The position numbers and the translations under genes were made by a program. A DNA stretch of 38,493 nt from Candidatus Methylomirabilia bacterium (GTDB lineage: Bacteria > Methylomirabilota > Methylomirabilia > Rokubacteriales > CSP1-6). The DNA is taken from assembly GCA_046758965.1 (NCBI GenBank), contig JBHIBG010000019.1:1-38493 (forward strand), in the 5' to 3' direction. The notes under the pieces are model-generated. The model worked only from the letters and a program-made list of their open reading frames with translations. It was not told where the DNA came from and searched no databases. Numbering within the stretch: the stretch's first letter is position 1; every line of letters begins with the position of its first letter. Below are positions 1 through 9,263 of this stretch, one piece after another.

Positions 1-31
1 CGCGGCGATTCTCTACTTCCTCTTCGAGATC

Positions 32-385
32 CTATTTTAGAAAGGCCGCGAGATCGGGAATGCTCGGCTCAAGCTCCGGCTGCGGAGGCATGATCGCCGT
101 GCTCCGCTTGGGGGTGTAGCCGGGCGGGTAGTTGCCACGAAGGAGGCGCGCTTCCAGCAGCTCCCGGGACGCCCCTTTGACCGGGGGCCCCATCGGCCCC
201 GCCTTCGAGGGGTCCGAGTTGTGGCAGGTGATGCAGAGGCCGATGTACACCTGCCTGCCCCGGCTCGGGTCTGCCGCGTCGCCCGTCTTGGGGGACGGCC
301 TCGAATCCTCTGAGCACGCACCGAGTCCGAGGGCCAAGGTCAGCAGCATGCACCAGCCGCTCGAGCTGTTCACGATCGGCGCCAA
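32..385 (-). CDS. Small lipoprotein c-type cytochrome (monoheme)
   Basis: Heme-binding motif CITCH; hydrophobic leader ending in lipobox-like LGAC; distal Met candidate in AIMPP; last gene of the minus-strand rubrerythrin run. Start uncertain (TTG 385 or a downstream GTG/ATG). Confidence 0.85.
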   Translation of the reverse strand: MAPIVNSSSGWCMLLTLALGLGACSEDSRPSPKTGDAADPSRGRQVYIGLCITCHNSDPSKAGPMGPPVKGASRELLEARLLRGNYPPGYTPKRSTAIMPPQPELEPSIPDLAAFLK

Positions 386-390
386 CCCGG

Positions 391-981
391 CTAGGCGCCC
401 GCCAGATCATCCATCAGGGAGGCCTTCGCCTCATCGGGCAGGCGCACGCGCGCCACCTCTCCAGGGTGGTCCACCACGAGGAAGACCTCGCTCTCGCGAA
501 AGGCCCGAACCTGTTCGGGAGTGAACCGAAACCTGACAAAGTGGACCGCGCTGATCTTCCCCCTCTCCGCGTCGGAGTGTCCCGCCTCAAACCCCGCCGG
601 GATCGCGTGCTGCTTCCCGATCTGGGCCCACACATGCTCGCCCGAGTCGATGCCCATCAGCCGGTCGAGCACCTCCTTGACGCGGGAGCGGTCCTCAATC
701 TCGATGAGGAGCGTGGCGGAGAGCTCTCGCTCGTCGGGGATCAGGTCGTTGTAGACGTCGAGCTCGTCCTGGACCTTGGCGTCCTCAACGATCCGCTCGG
801 CACGGACCATTTCCTGGATCTGGAAGAGCACGGTCTGGCGGTTCTCGAAGACGAGGGAGAGATGAGGACCCACCTGGACCCGGCGTCGGCGCTTGAGGTC
901 GATCACCCGCCGGCGCATCTCTTCACGGATCTTTTCGTACTCGTAGAGGTTCTTGATCTCGAAAAACTCCAGTTTCTTCAT
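391..981 (-). CDS. DUF3501 family protein
   Basis: Characteristic motifs FENRQTVLFQIQEMVRAE, ELSATLLIE and KISAVHFVRF; overlaps the upstream Fe-S gene by 4 nt; this family typically sits with rubrerythrin. Confidence 0.85.
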   Translation of the reverse strand: MKKLEFFEIKNLYEYEKIREEMRRRVIDLKRRRRVQVGPHLSLVFENRQTVLFQIQEMVRAERIVEDAKVQDELDVYNDLIPDERELSATLLIEIEDRSRVKEVLDRLMGIDSGEHVWAQIGKQHAIPAGFEAGHSDAERGKISAVHFVRFRFTPEQVRAFRESEVFLVVDHPGEVARVRLPDEAKASLMDDLAGA

Positions 982-2243
982 GCTTCCCGCACTCCATAGG
1001 CGTCGGCGAAAATCTGAATCGGGTGCCGGGGGGTCGTGCCTGTCGCCTGGGCGATCTGAAGGGCCGCGAGGGGGCAGTCGGTGGCCGTGTGATCGGCCTC
1101 GGCGGCCTCGATCCCCCTGATGAGCGGCTCGGCCACTTTCAGCGAGAGCTCAAAAAACTCCCGCTTCAGCCCCCAGGTCCCGTCGACGCCGGAGCAGCGC
1201 TCGATGACCTCCACCCGAGTCCCCGGGATGAGCCCGAGGAGATCGGCCGACTTGGTCCCCAGGTTCTGCGCCTTGAGGTGGCATGGGAGCTGGTAGGCGA
1301 TGGTGCCCGCCGCCCTCAAGTCGGTCGTGTTCAGCTTTCCCTCGGCGTGGAGCCCCATCAGGTATTCAGCGAGGTCCCGGGTGTGGGAGGCCACGAGCCT
1401 GGCGTCCTCCGATCCGTCCAGCCAGGGGTACTCCTGCTTCAGCATGTAGCTGCACGTGGGGCCGGGCACCACGATCTTCCGCCCCTCCCGGACCGCAGCG
1501 GCAAGGGTGCGGACGTTGTCGGCGATGAGCTTCCGCGCCTCGGCCACGGCCCCGCCATCCAGGTACGGCATCCCACAGCAGCGCTGGGCCGGAAGCGTGA
1601 CCTCCACGCGGTTTTTCTCGAGCACCGCCACCGCCGCCTTCCCCACCGCCGGGTTGTTGTACTCCACCGGGCAGGTCGAGAAGAGGGCCACGCGGGCCTG
1701 CGGGACGACGCCCGGGGTCCGGTGCCTGGCAAACCACCTGGAAAAGGTCTCGCGGTGAAAGGCAGGAAGCTTCCGAGCTTTGTGGATCCCCACCACGGCC
1801 TGGAGGAAGGCCCGGTGCGCGGACCATTCATTCGCCCAGCTGGACAGAGGCGCGGTGAGGCTCCCGAGCCTCCCGACCAGAGCCGTGTTGCCGAGAAACC
1901 GATCTTGGAGGCTCACGCCGTCCTTCTTGACCTGCGCGGCGCGGGAGCGGAGCATCAGGCGGGGGAAATCTACCTGCCAGCGGTGGGGCGGCGTGTAAGG
2001 GCAGTGGTTGAAGCAGAGCTTGCACTGGTAGCAGAGGGCCACGACCCGCGTGAGGTCGGTGGCAGAGAGCTTCTCGGCGTCTCCGTCCACCGCCTCGGCG
2101 TCGAGGCGCTGGAACAGATCCTTAAACGACGGGCAGAGCGTGATGCAGCGGCGGCAGCCGTTGCAGATATCAAAGATGCGCCGGAGCTCGGCACCCACCT
2201 TGCCGAGGTCCCAGAATTCGGGGGAGCGGATATCGAGCGTCAC
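978..2243 (-). CDS. Rubrerythrin-associated Fe-S oxidoreductase (GlpC/HdrD-like, 4Fe-4S plus CCG domains)
   Basis: CNGCRRCITLC and CYQCKLCFNHCP ferredoxin-type motifs; CCGMP and CSGVDG cysteine-rich domains; 2 nt from the rubrerythrin stop. Confidence 0.88.
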   Translation of the reverse strand: MTLDIRSPEFWDLGKVGAELRRIFDICNGCRRCITLCPSFKDLFQRLDAEAVDGDAEKLSATDLTRVVALCYQCKLCFNHCPYTPPHRWQVDFPRLMLRSRAAQVKKDGVSLQDRFLGNTALVGRLGSLTAPLSSWANEWSAHRAFLQAVVGIHKARKLPAFHRETFSRWFARHRTPGVVPQARVALFSTCPVEYNNPAVGKAAVAVLEKNRVEVTLPAQRCCGMPYLDGGAVAEARKLIADNVRTLAAAVREGRKIVVPGPTCSYMLKQEYPWLDGSEDARLVASHTRDLAEYLMGLHAEGKLNTTDLRAAGTIAYQLPCHLKAQNLGTKSADLLGLIPGTRVEVIERCSGVDGTWGLKREFFELSLKVAEPLIRGIEAAEADHTATDCPLAALQIAQATGTTPRHPIQIFADAYGVREA

Positions 2244-2245
2244 GC

Positions 2246-2698
2246 CTAGATGGCTTCGGCAGGTTCCTTGCCGGCGATCTGGCTCAACCCCTTATTGAAG
2301 CGCCCGGCGTGGGACTTCTCCGCCTTGGCGAGGGTCTCAAACCACTCGGCCAGCTCGGCAAATCCCTCCTCCCGGGCCGTCTTGGCCATGCCCGGATACA
2401 TCTGGGTGTACTCGTAGGTCTCCCCCTCGACGGCCGACTTCAAGTTCGCCTCGGTCTTCCCGATGGGGACTCCCGTCACCGGGTCACCGACTTCCTTCAG
2501 GAAGTCGAGATGGCCGAAGGCATGACCGGTCTCAGCGTCCGCCGTGTCCTTGAACAGCCCGGCCATGTCGGGGAAGCCTTCGATGTCAGCCTGACGGGCG
2601 AAGTACATGTATCGCCGATTGGCCTGGGATTCGCCGGCAAAGGCTTCCTTGAGGTTCTTTTCGCTACTGGTCCCTCTGAGGCTCTTTCCTGCCATCAC
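2246..2698 (-). CDS. rbr: Rubrerythrin, short type without C-terminal rubredoxin domain
   Basis: [31 protein letters not shown] and EKSH di-iron ligand motifs; AGGAGG RBS at 2710-2705; no CxxC rubredoxin tail. Confidence 0.93.
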   Translation of the reverse strand: MMAGKSLRGTSSEKNLKEAFAGESQANRRYMYFARQADIEGFPDMAGLFKDTADAETGHAFGHLDFLKEVGDPVTGVPIGKTEANLKSAVEGETYEYTQMYPGMAKTAREEGFAELAEWFETLAKAEKSHAGRFNKGLSQIAGKEPAEAI

Positions 2699-2731
2699 AC
2701 GGTTCCTCCTTGTTCTGGTTTGAACTGAGGT

Positions 2732-3259
2732 CTAGAGTGCGCGGGAGGGTTCCCGCCGCTTTCCTGCGCGAGCCCGACGTCTCTCCTTGCCCCGACAGGC
2801 CAGACAACGACCGTAGAACTCAATGAGGTGGTGCGAGATCTCAAACCCCATCCGCGAAGCCATCCGCCGGTCGAGGGCCGGATCCACCGGCGCAGTCACG
2901 TCGATGATCCGTCCACAGGCCTGACAGGTAAAGTGGTCGTGCCGGCCGGTGCTGCCGTCGTAGCGGCCGAGCCCCCGGCTGTCGAGCTCCTGGATCAACC
3001 CCTGCTCGACGAGGAGCTTCAGGTTCCGGTAAACGGTCCCCAGGCTCAGGCGAGGGAGGCGGCGACGGACCTTCCGATAGACCCACTCGGCAGTCGGGTG
3101 CGAGTCCGCTCTCCGGACCACCTCCAGGATGAGCCGCCGCTGGTCCGTCATTCGCCGGCCCTGGCGCTTCAGGCCTTCTGCGATCTGCTTGTCGGTTTCC
3201 GCCGCCCTCTGCTTCGAGCCGGCCATCCCGAGGTTCACGGCTCCAGCCCTGAGATTCAT
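2732..3259 (-). CDS. perR: Fur-family transcriptional repressor, PerR-like
   Basis: HPTAEWVY, SLGTVYRNL, HDHFTCQACGRIIDV (Asp at the PerR-type position), second CxxC (CLAC); heads a rubrerythrin operon. The start may be ATG 3226. Confidence 0.8.
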   Translation of the reverse strand: MNLRAGAVNLGMAGSKQRAAETDKQIAEGLKRQGRRMTDQRRLILEVVRRADSHPTAEWVYRKVRRRLPRLSLGTVYRNLKLLVEQGLIQELDSRGLGRYDGSTGRHDHFTCQACGRIIDVTAPVDPALDRRMASRMGFEISHHLIEFYGRCLACRGKERRRARAGKRREPSRAL

Positions 3260-3300
3260 CGGTTCTAGGCAAAATGCTCTAGCGCGCCCGTCCTGGTTAG

Positions 3301-3333
3301 ATAGGATTTATTACCTATTGAGAATGACTCTCA
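3301..3333. promoter_or_regulatory. Fur/PerR-type operator
   Basis: TGAGAATGACTCTCA (3319-3333) is a near-perfect 7-1-7 inverted repeat, next to a second inverted repeat ATAGG-N8-CCTAT (3301-3318); AT-rich patch just downstream of the minus-strand -10. Confidence 0.7.
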
Positions 3334-3339
3334 CGAACG

Positions 3340-3367
3340 AGTATACCCCCCCTCGGAAGCGTGTCAA
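3340..3367 (-). promoter_or_regulatory. Sigma70-type promoter of the perR-rbr operon
   Basis: Minus strand TTGACA (3367-3362), 16-nt spacer, TATACT (3345-3340). Confidence 0.75.
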
Positions 3368-3391
3368 GAGAAAACTTGTCGAGCGGAATCC

Positions 3392-3421
3392 TTGCAGCCG
3401 GGGTGAGGGGGCGGGTAGAAT
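3392..3421 (+). promoter_or_regulatory. Sigma70-type promoter of uvrA
   Basis: TTGCAG (3392-3397), 18-nt spacer, TAGAAT (3416-3421); AGGAGG RBS at 3431-3436 before ATG 3446. Confidence 0.55.
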
Positions 3422-3445
3422 AACGATCTCAGGAGGCCTCACCGG

Positions 3446-6232
3446 ATGACTCCACCCCTCTGGCTCCGAATCGAGGGGGCGCGACAGAACAACTTAAAGA
3501 ACGTCACCCTGGTGATCCCCCACGATCGGGTCACGGTCATCACTGGCGTTTCCGGCTCTGGAAAGTCTTCCCTGGCCTTCGACACCCTCTTCGCCGAAGG
3601 GCAGTGGCGCTACATCGAGTCCCTCTCGACCTACGCCCGAATGTTCCTGGAGCGGCTCGACCGGCCCGACGTGGACCGGATCGAGCAGGTCCGGCCCGCT
3701 ATTGCCATCGAGCAGAAGAACCCGGTGCGGACAGCCCGCTCCACAGTCGGGACCGCCACGGAGATCTACGACTATCTCCGCCTGCTCTACGCCAAGGTTG
3801 GCCGGGTCCACTGTCCCCGCTGTGGGCGCGAGGCCCGCTCCCACTCGGCTGAGAGCGTCGCCGACACGCTGCTTTCGGAATTTCCGGGCGAGCGCGCGCT
3901 CGTCTGCTTCCCGCTCCCGGTTCCGCCGGGACTCGACCCCGCCGAACTCTTCTCCGGCCTGATCCGGCGCGGTTTCGCCCGGCTGAAGGTCAACGGAACG
4001 GTCGCGGAGCTGACCGGAGCGCCACCCCGAGACCTGGCCACGGCAAGAGAAGTGCAGGTGGTGCTCGATCGCGTCGTGCTGGCCGGCGACAAGCGGAGCC
4101 GGCTCACCCAATCCCTCGAGATGGCCTTCAGGGAAGGCGACGGCCGGGTGGAAGTGGAGGTGGTCGGCAAAGCGTGCCGGGCTTTCGCCCACGCCTTCCG
4201 GTGCCCGGAGTGCGGGGTGGCCCTCGAGCGTCCCCAGCCGCTCCTCTTCTCCTTCAACCACCCGTTAGGGGCCTGCCCGGAGTGCAAGGGCTTCGGCAAT
4301 ATCCTCCGCTACGACGAGGCGCTGGTGGTGCCGGACGCCTCGAAGAGCCTGGCTGGGGGCGCGGTGGCGCCGTGGACCCACCGATCCGGGCGATGGTACC
4401 AGAAGCAGCTCCTGAAGGCGGCGAAGCGGCGCGGCGTGGATCTGAACCGTCCGTATGGGGAACTCCCTTCCAGGACGCGTCGCTGGATCTACCGGGGAGA
4501 CGACGAGTTCCCCGGGATCCAGGGCTTCTTCGAGGAGGTGGAATCCTACCGCTACAAGCTCCACGTTCGGGTCTTCCTCTCCCGCTACCGAAACCCGTTT
4601 CCCTGTTCCACCTGCGGGGGCGCTCGGCTGAAGCCCGAGGCGCTCACCGTGACAGTGGGCGGGCGGACCATCACCGAATTGACAGGCATGACGGTGGAGG
4701 AATGCGCCGAGTTCTTTCGGGAGCTGCCCCTCTCCGCCCGCGACGAGGTCGTCGCTCAGGAGATTCTCAAACAGTTCCACGCCAAGCTCGGCTTCCTACT
4801 TCGGGTGGGTCTCGGCTATCTCACCCTTGCCCGGCAGACCCGGACGCTCTCGGGGGGCGAGGCGCAGCGGATCAACCTGGCGAACCAGCTCGGATCCCAG
4901 CTGGTGGGCACGCTCTACGTCCTGGACGAGCCCTCGATCGGGCTGCACGCGCGCGACACCGCCCGCCTGGCCGAGCTTTGTCGCGAACTCGCCTACGCCG
5001 GCAACACCGTGGTCATCGTAGAGCACGACCGGAGCTTCATCGAGGCGGCCGACTATCTGGTGGAGATGGGCCCGGGCTCCGGCGAGCGCGGCGGGGAGGT
5101 GGTCTTCGCCGGGAGGCGGGAGGAATTTCTCAAGGACTCCCGCTCCGTCACTGCCCGCTATCTGAACGGCCGCGAGTCGATCCCCGTTCCCTCCATCCGA
5201 CGCCAGAGGCGCCGCACCCTGACCCTCGTCGGAGCCCGCCAGCACAACCTCAAAGGGATCACGGTCAAGATTCCGCTCGAGACGCTGACCTGCGTAACCG
5301 GCGTGTCCGGCTCCGGGAAGTCCACGCTGGTTCACGACACCCTCTACCGGGCCGCCGCCCGAGCCTTCAAGATGGAGTTCGCCCCGCCAGGGACCTACGA
5401 GGCTCTGCTGGGGTTGGAGTACCTCAAGGGCATGAGGCTCATCGACCAGGAGCCTATTGGCCGCACCCCGCGCTCGAACCCCGTCACTTACATCAAGGCC
5501 TTCGACGAGATTCGAAAGCTCTACGCCGCCCTCCCCCGAGCCAAGAGCCTGGGCCTCTCCCCGGGTGCGTTCTCCTTCAATGTGCCCGGGGGGCGCTGCG
5601 AGACGTGCCAGGGCGACGGCTTTCAGAAGCTCGAGATGTACTTCTTCGAGGACGTCTACGTGACCTGTCAGGAGTGCGCGGGGCGTCGATACCGGCCCGA
5701 GGTGCTCCAGGTGACGTACCGGGGGAGGGACGTCAGCCAGGTCCTCCACATGACCGTGGACGAGGCGGTCGAATTCTTCTCAACGCACCCGAACCTCTGC
5801 CGCCGGCTCAAGGTCCTGCAGGACGTCGGGCTCGGCTACCTTCGCCTGGGCCAGCCTGCCACCACGCTGTCGGGGGGTGAGGCCCAACGGCTGAAGATCG
5901 CCGCCGAGCTCGGGGTGCGCCTCACCTCCAGCTACCTCTACATCCTGGACGAGCCGACAACCGGACTCCATCTCGATGACATCAAGAAACTCCTGGCCGT
6001 CCTCAACCGGCTCGTGGACGCCGGTAATACGGTCGTCGTCGTCGAGCATCACCTGGACGTGATCAAGACCGCTGACTGGATCATCGACCTGGGTCCCGAG
6101 GGCGGAGAGGCGGGCGGCGAGATCGTGGCCGAGGGCACGCCGGAACAGGTCGCGCACACCAGCTCCTACACCGGGAAGTTTCTCAGGGAGATCCTCGAGA
6201 AAGCCGACGGGCGACCCCTGAGGCATCCGTGA
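3446..6232 (+). CDS. uvrA: Excinuclease ABC subunit A
   Basis: GARQNNLK, two Walker A motifs GVSGSGKS, two LSGGEAQR signatures, LDEP Walker B motifs, zinc fingers (CPECKG, CETCQG), PIGRTPRSNP. Confidence 0.96.
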   Translation: MTPPLWLRIEGARQNNLKNVTLVIPHDRVTVITGVSGSGKSSLAFDTLFAEGQWRYIESLSTYARMFLERLDRPDVDRIEQVRPAIAIEQKNPVRTARSTVGTATEIYDYLRLLYAKVGRVHCPRCGREARSHSAESVADTLLSEFPGERALVCFPLPVPPGLDPAELFSGLIRRGFARLKVNGTVAELTGAPPRDLATAREVQVVLDRVVLAGDKRSRLTQSLEMAFREGDGRVEVEVVGKACRAFAHAFRCPECGVALERPQPLLFSFNHPLGACPECKGFGNILRYDEALVVPDASKSLAGGAVAPWTHRSGRWYQKQLLKAAKRRGVDLNRPYGELPSRTRRWIYRGDDEFPGIQGFFEEVESYRYKLHVRVFLSRYRNPFPCSTCGGARLKPEALTVTVGGRTITELTGMTVEECAEFFRELPLSARDEVVAQEILKQFHAKLGFLLRVGLGYLTLARQTRTLSGGEAQRINLANQLGSQLVGTLYVLDEPSIGLHARDTARLAELCRELAYAGNTVVIVEHDRSFIEAADYLVEMGPGSGERGGEVVFAGRREEFLKDSRSVTARYLNGRESIPVPSIRRQRRRTLTLVGARQHNLKGITVKIPLETLTCVTGVSGSGKSTLVHDTLYRAAARAFKMEFAPPGTYEALLGLEYLKGMRLIDQEPIGRTPRSNPVTYIKAFDEIRKLYAALPRAKSLGLSPGAFSFNVPGGRCETCQGDGFQKLEMYFFEDVYVTCQECAGRRYRPEVLQVTYRGRDVSQVLHMTVDEAVEFFSTHPNLCRRLKVLQDVGLGYLRLGQPATTLSGGEAQRLKIAAELGVRLTSSYLYILDEPTTGLHLDDIKKLLAVLNRLVDAGNTVVVVEHHLDVIKTADWIIDLGPEGGEAGGEIVAEGTPEQVAHTSSYTGKFLREILEKADGRPLRHP

Positions 6233-6285
6233 TGCCTCTGCCGTCCTGACACGAGCTCCGCCCCCCTCCTGGAGACTCCCCCACG

Positions 6286-7491
6286 ATGAATGGCGTCTTT
6301 TACGGCTGGGTCGTTGTGGCCGGAGCGTTCACGGCCCTGTTCATGGCCTATGGCGCTCAGTACTCCTTCGGGGTCTTCTTCTCCGCGCTCCTCGAGGAGT
6401 TCGGGTGGAGCCGAGCCGGCCTCTCAGGGGTGTTCTCCCTCTACGCGTTCCTCTACGGCATCGTGAGCCTGGGGAGCGGGCGGCTGACAGACCGATGGGG
6501 CCCGAGGGCCGTAATCGCCATCGGCGGGCTGCTCCTGGGGTTGGGAATGGCGGGCATGAGCCAGGTCAGGGAACTCTGGCACCCGTACGTGCTCTACGGG
6601 GTCCTGGCGGCGCTCGGTATGAGCACGACCTATGTGCCCTGCAACTCCACCGTGGTGAAGTGGTTCGTCAAGCGGAGAGGGCTGGCCGTGGGGGTGGCCT
6701 CCAGCGGCGGCGGGTTTGGCACCTTCGCGCTGCCACCGCTCGCCCACGCCCTGGTCTACGGCCTTGGCTGGCGCGGGGCGTACCTGGTCTTCGGCGCGGC
6801 ACTCCTCGTGGTCATGAGCCTGGCCTCCATGGTGATGAAGCGCGACCCGGAAGCCATCGGGCTGGCTCCCGACGGAGAAGCCCGGCACTCCCTTCCCGTC
6901 GCCGGCCAGGGCGACGTTCACTGGCCCCTCGGCCGTGCCGTTCGCACGGCTCCGTTCTGGATGCTCTTCGGAGTGTTCACTGCCACCTGGATCCCGGTCT
7001 TCGTCCCGCTCGTTCACGCCGTGCCCTTCGCCCGTGACCTGGGGATACCCCCGTTGCCGGCCTCGACCGTGGTGAGCGCTATGGGGATTTCTGCCGTCAT
7101 CGGCCGCCTGACAATGGGTGGGCTCTCAGACCGGATCGGGAGGAGATCTGCCCTCGCCATTTCTATCGCCCTTCAGGCCCTGGCCTTCGTCGGGTTCACG
7201 GCGGTGGGCGGGCTTCTCGCGCTCTACCTCGTTGCGGCCGGCTTCGGGTTTTCCTACGGCGCGGTGTCGGCCCTATTCCCGGCCATCGTGGGCGATTTCT
7301 TCGGGAGGGAGCAGGCGGGAAGCCTCGTGGGATTTCTCTTCGCGCTGGCAGGTTCCATGGCCGCCTGGGGGCCCGTCGGCGCGGGCGCGCTCTACGATGC
7401 CACGGGCTCCTACAGCTGGGCCTTCATCCTGAGCGCGGCATCGAACGGCCTTGCCCTCGCGCTGCTAGCCCTCGCGCGCCCCCCGCGATGA
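6286..7491 (+). CDS. MFS transporter (monocarboxylate/OFA-like)
   Basis: About 12 hydrophobic segments; motif A GRLTDRWGPR and GGLSDRIGRR; FYGWVVV N-terminus; KWFVKRRGLA. Confidence 0.9.
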   Translation: MNGVFYGWVVVAGAFTALFMAYGAQYSFGVFFSALLEEFGWSRAGLSGVFSLYAFLYGIVSLGSGRLTDRWGPRAVIAIGGLLLGLGMAGMSQVRELWHPYVLYGVLAALGMSTTYVPCNSTVVKWFVKRRGLAVGVASSGGGFGTFALPPLAHALVYGLGWRGAYLVFGAALLVVMSLASMVMKRDPEAIGLAPDGEARHSLPVAGQGDVHWPLGRAVRTAPFWMLFGVFTATWIPVFVPLVHAVPFARDLGIPPLPASTVVSAMGISAVIGRLTMGGLSDRIGRRSALAISIALQALAFVGFTAVGGLLALYLVAAGFGFSYGAVSALFPAIVGDFFGREQAGSLVGFLFALAGSMAAWGPVGAGALYDATGSYSWAFILSAASNGLALALLALARPPR

Positions 7492-7509
7492 GGTATACTC
7501 CAAAGACCC

Positions 7510-8724
7510 ATGGGCAGCCTCAGGGACAAATACGCGATCGCGGGAGTCGGTGAGACCGAGTACAGCCGGAACTCGGGCCGCACGACCCGGGCCATGGCCG
7601 TGGAAGCGATCAGGAACGCGATGGCCGATGCCGGCCTCGGCCCAGGAGAGCTGGACGGGATGATGTCGTACCAGAACAACGATTCCACCTTCGCGCTGAT
7701 CGTTGCGGGGGACCTCGGGATCCGGCTCAACTTCTATATGGACGTCGTGGGCGGCGGCTCCTCCACCGAGGCGCTGATCGGGCTGGCGATGGGGGCCATC
7801 GAGGTGGGGATGTGCAGGGCCGTGGCGATCTTCCGCTCGATGAACGGCTACACGGAGGTCCGGATCGGGGGGACGGGGGCGCGCGCCGCGGCGCCCGTGC
7901 GCGGCCAGGATCTGGCGGACCGCCCGTACGGAATGATGAGTGCCGGCCAGCGCTTCGCCCCGACCTTCATGCGTTACCTGTACGAGCACGGGGTGACCTC
8001 GGAGCAGGTGGCTCACGTGAAGGCGGCCCACTCCAAGCACGCCTCCCAGAACCCTAAGGCCCTCTACAAAGAGCGGGTGAGCGTGGAGGAGGTGCTCGAC
8101 TCCCGGTGGATCGTCAAGCCCCTGCACCTCCTGGACTGTTGCGTGGAGACCGACAACGCCACCGCCCTGATCATCACCTCAGCCGAGCGGGCCCGCGACC
8201 TCCGTCAACGCCCCATCTCCATCATGGGCGTGGCCGGCAGGGTCTCCAAGCCCCGGAGCGATTTCCACTTCGCCCACGGGCCGATCAGCCGGGTCGCGGG
8301 CTACTACGCCAGAGAGCTCGTCTTCGCCATGGCCGGGATCGGCCCCGAGGAGATCGACCTGACGGGGTCGTACGATGCCTTCACCTTCACCACGCTCCTT
8401 CAGCTCGAGGAGTACGGCTTCTGCAAGAAGGGGGAGGGGGGCGCGTACGTGTCGAGCGGCATCATCGAGCTGGGTGGCAAGCGGCCCAACAACACCTCGG
8501 GCGGCCACCTCTGCGAGGCCTATACCCACGGGATGAACCTCGTGATCGAGAACGTCCGCCAGCTTCGCGGGACTGCCGACGACTACTGCCCGCGCTGGGC
8601 TGAGGGGATGCACACTTACGACTACTCGCCGGGCAGATGCCGGCAGGTGAAGGATCCGGAGATCGCCATGAACCTGGGCTGGGCTACCCCGGCCACCGCT
8701 TCGGCCTTGATCCTGAGGCGTTGA
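7510..8724 (+). CDS. Thiolase-fold protein, SCP2/Ltp2-like
   Basis: AIAGVGET, PLHLLDCCVETD, SYDAFT and NTSGGHLCEAYTHG; followed by a DUF35 gene. Confidence 0.88.
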   Translation: MGSLRDKYAIAGVGETEYSRNSGRTTRAMAVEAIRNAMADAGLGPGELDGMMSYQNNDSTFALIVAGDLGIRLNFYMDVVGGGSSTEALIGLAMGAIEVGMCRAVAIFRSMNGYTEVRIGGTGARAAAPVRGQDLADRPYGMMSAGQRFAPTFMRYLYEHGVTSEQVAHVKAAHSKHASQNPKALYKERVSVEEVLDSRWIVKPLHLLDCCVETDNATALIITSAERARDLRQRPISIMGVAGRVSKPRSDFHFAHGPISRVAGYYARELVFAMAGIGPEEIDLTGSYDAFTFTTLLQLEEYGFCKKGEGGAYVSSGIIELGGKRPNNTSGGHLCEAYTHGMNLVIENVRQLRGTADDYCPRWAEGMHTYDYSPGRCRQVKDPEIAMNLGWATPATASALILRR

Positions 8725-8756
8725 CAGCGAGGGGCGCTCGCCACGGGAGAAAGAAG

Positions 8757-9260
8757 ATGGCGAACGTCGAGTACCGCGGGATGAACCTGATCGTCCCGGA
8801 GAACGACTCGGAGTGGAAGGAGTACCTCCAGGCCGCGCGCCAGCACCGTCTGGTGATGCGCAAATGCGCCGTGTGCGGCTTGATGCGCTACCCGCCCACC
8901 CATGCCTGCCCGTGGTGCACGGCACTGGAGTGGACCTGGCAGGAGGTGAGCGGCAAGGGGGCGATCTACTCCTACGAGATCGTCGTACAGGCGATCCAGC
9001 GGGGCTTCAGGGAGTGGGCACCCTACCCCGTGGTGCTGGTGGAGTTAGACGAACAGCGCGGTCAGCCCACTCCCGACGAGGGGCTCAGGATGATCGCCAA
9101 CCTCCTGAGATCAGACTTCACGCCGGAGCGGGAGGAGCACGTCGCCATCGGCAGCCGCGTCCGGGTCCTTTTCCAGGATCTCTCGCCGGAGCTCGGCCTC
9201 CCCCAGTTCACCCTCTCCGACGAGCCGCCCCAAGGCCGCCTCTGGCGCTTGCCGAGCTGA
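8757..9260 (+). CDS. DUF35 zinc-ribbon/OB-fold protein
   Basis: CAVC...YPP...CPWC zinc ribbon, SGKGAIYSY, PYPVVLVELDE; ATG 8757 preceded by GGGAG; typical partner of Ltp2-like thiolases. Confidence 0.88.
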   Translation: MANVEYRGMNLIVPENDSEWKEYLQAARQHRLVMRKCAVCGLMRYPPTHACPWCTALEWTWQEVSGKGAIYSYEIVVQAIQRGFREWAPYPVVLVELDEQRGQPTPDEGLRMIANLLRSDFTPEREEHVAIGSRVRVLFQDLSPELGLPQFTLSDEPPQGRLWRLPS

Positions 9261-9263
9261 TCG

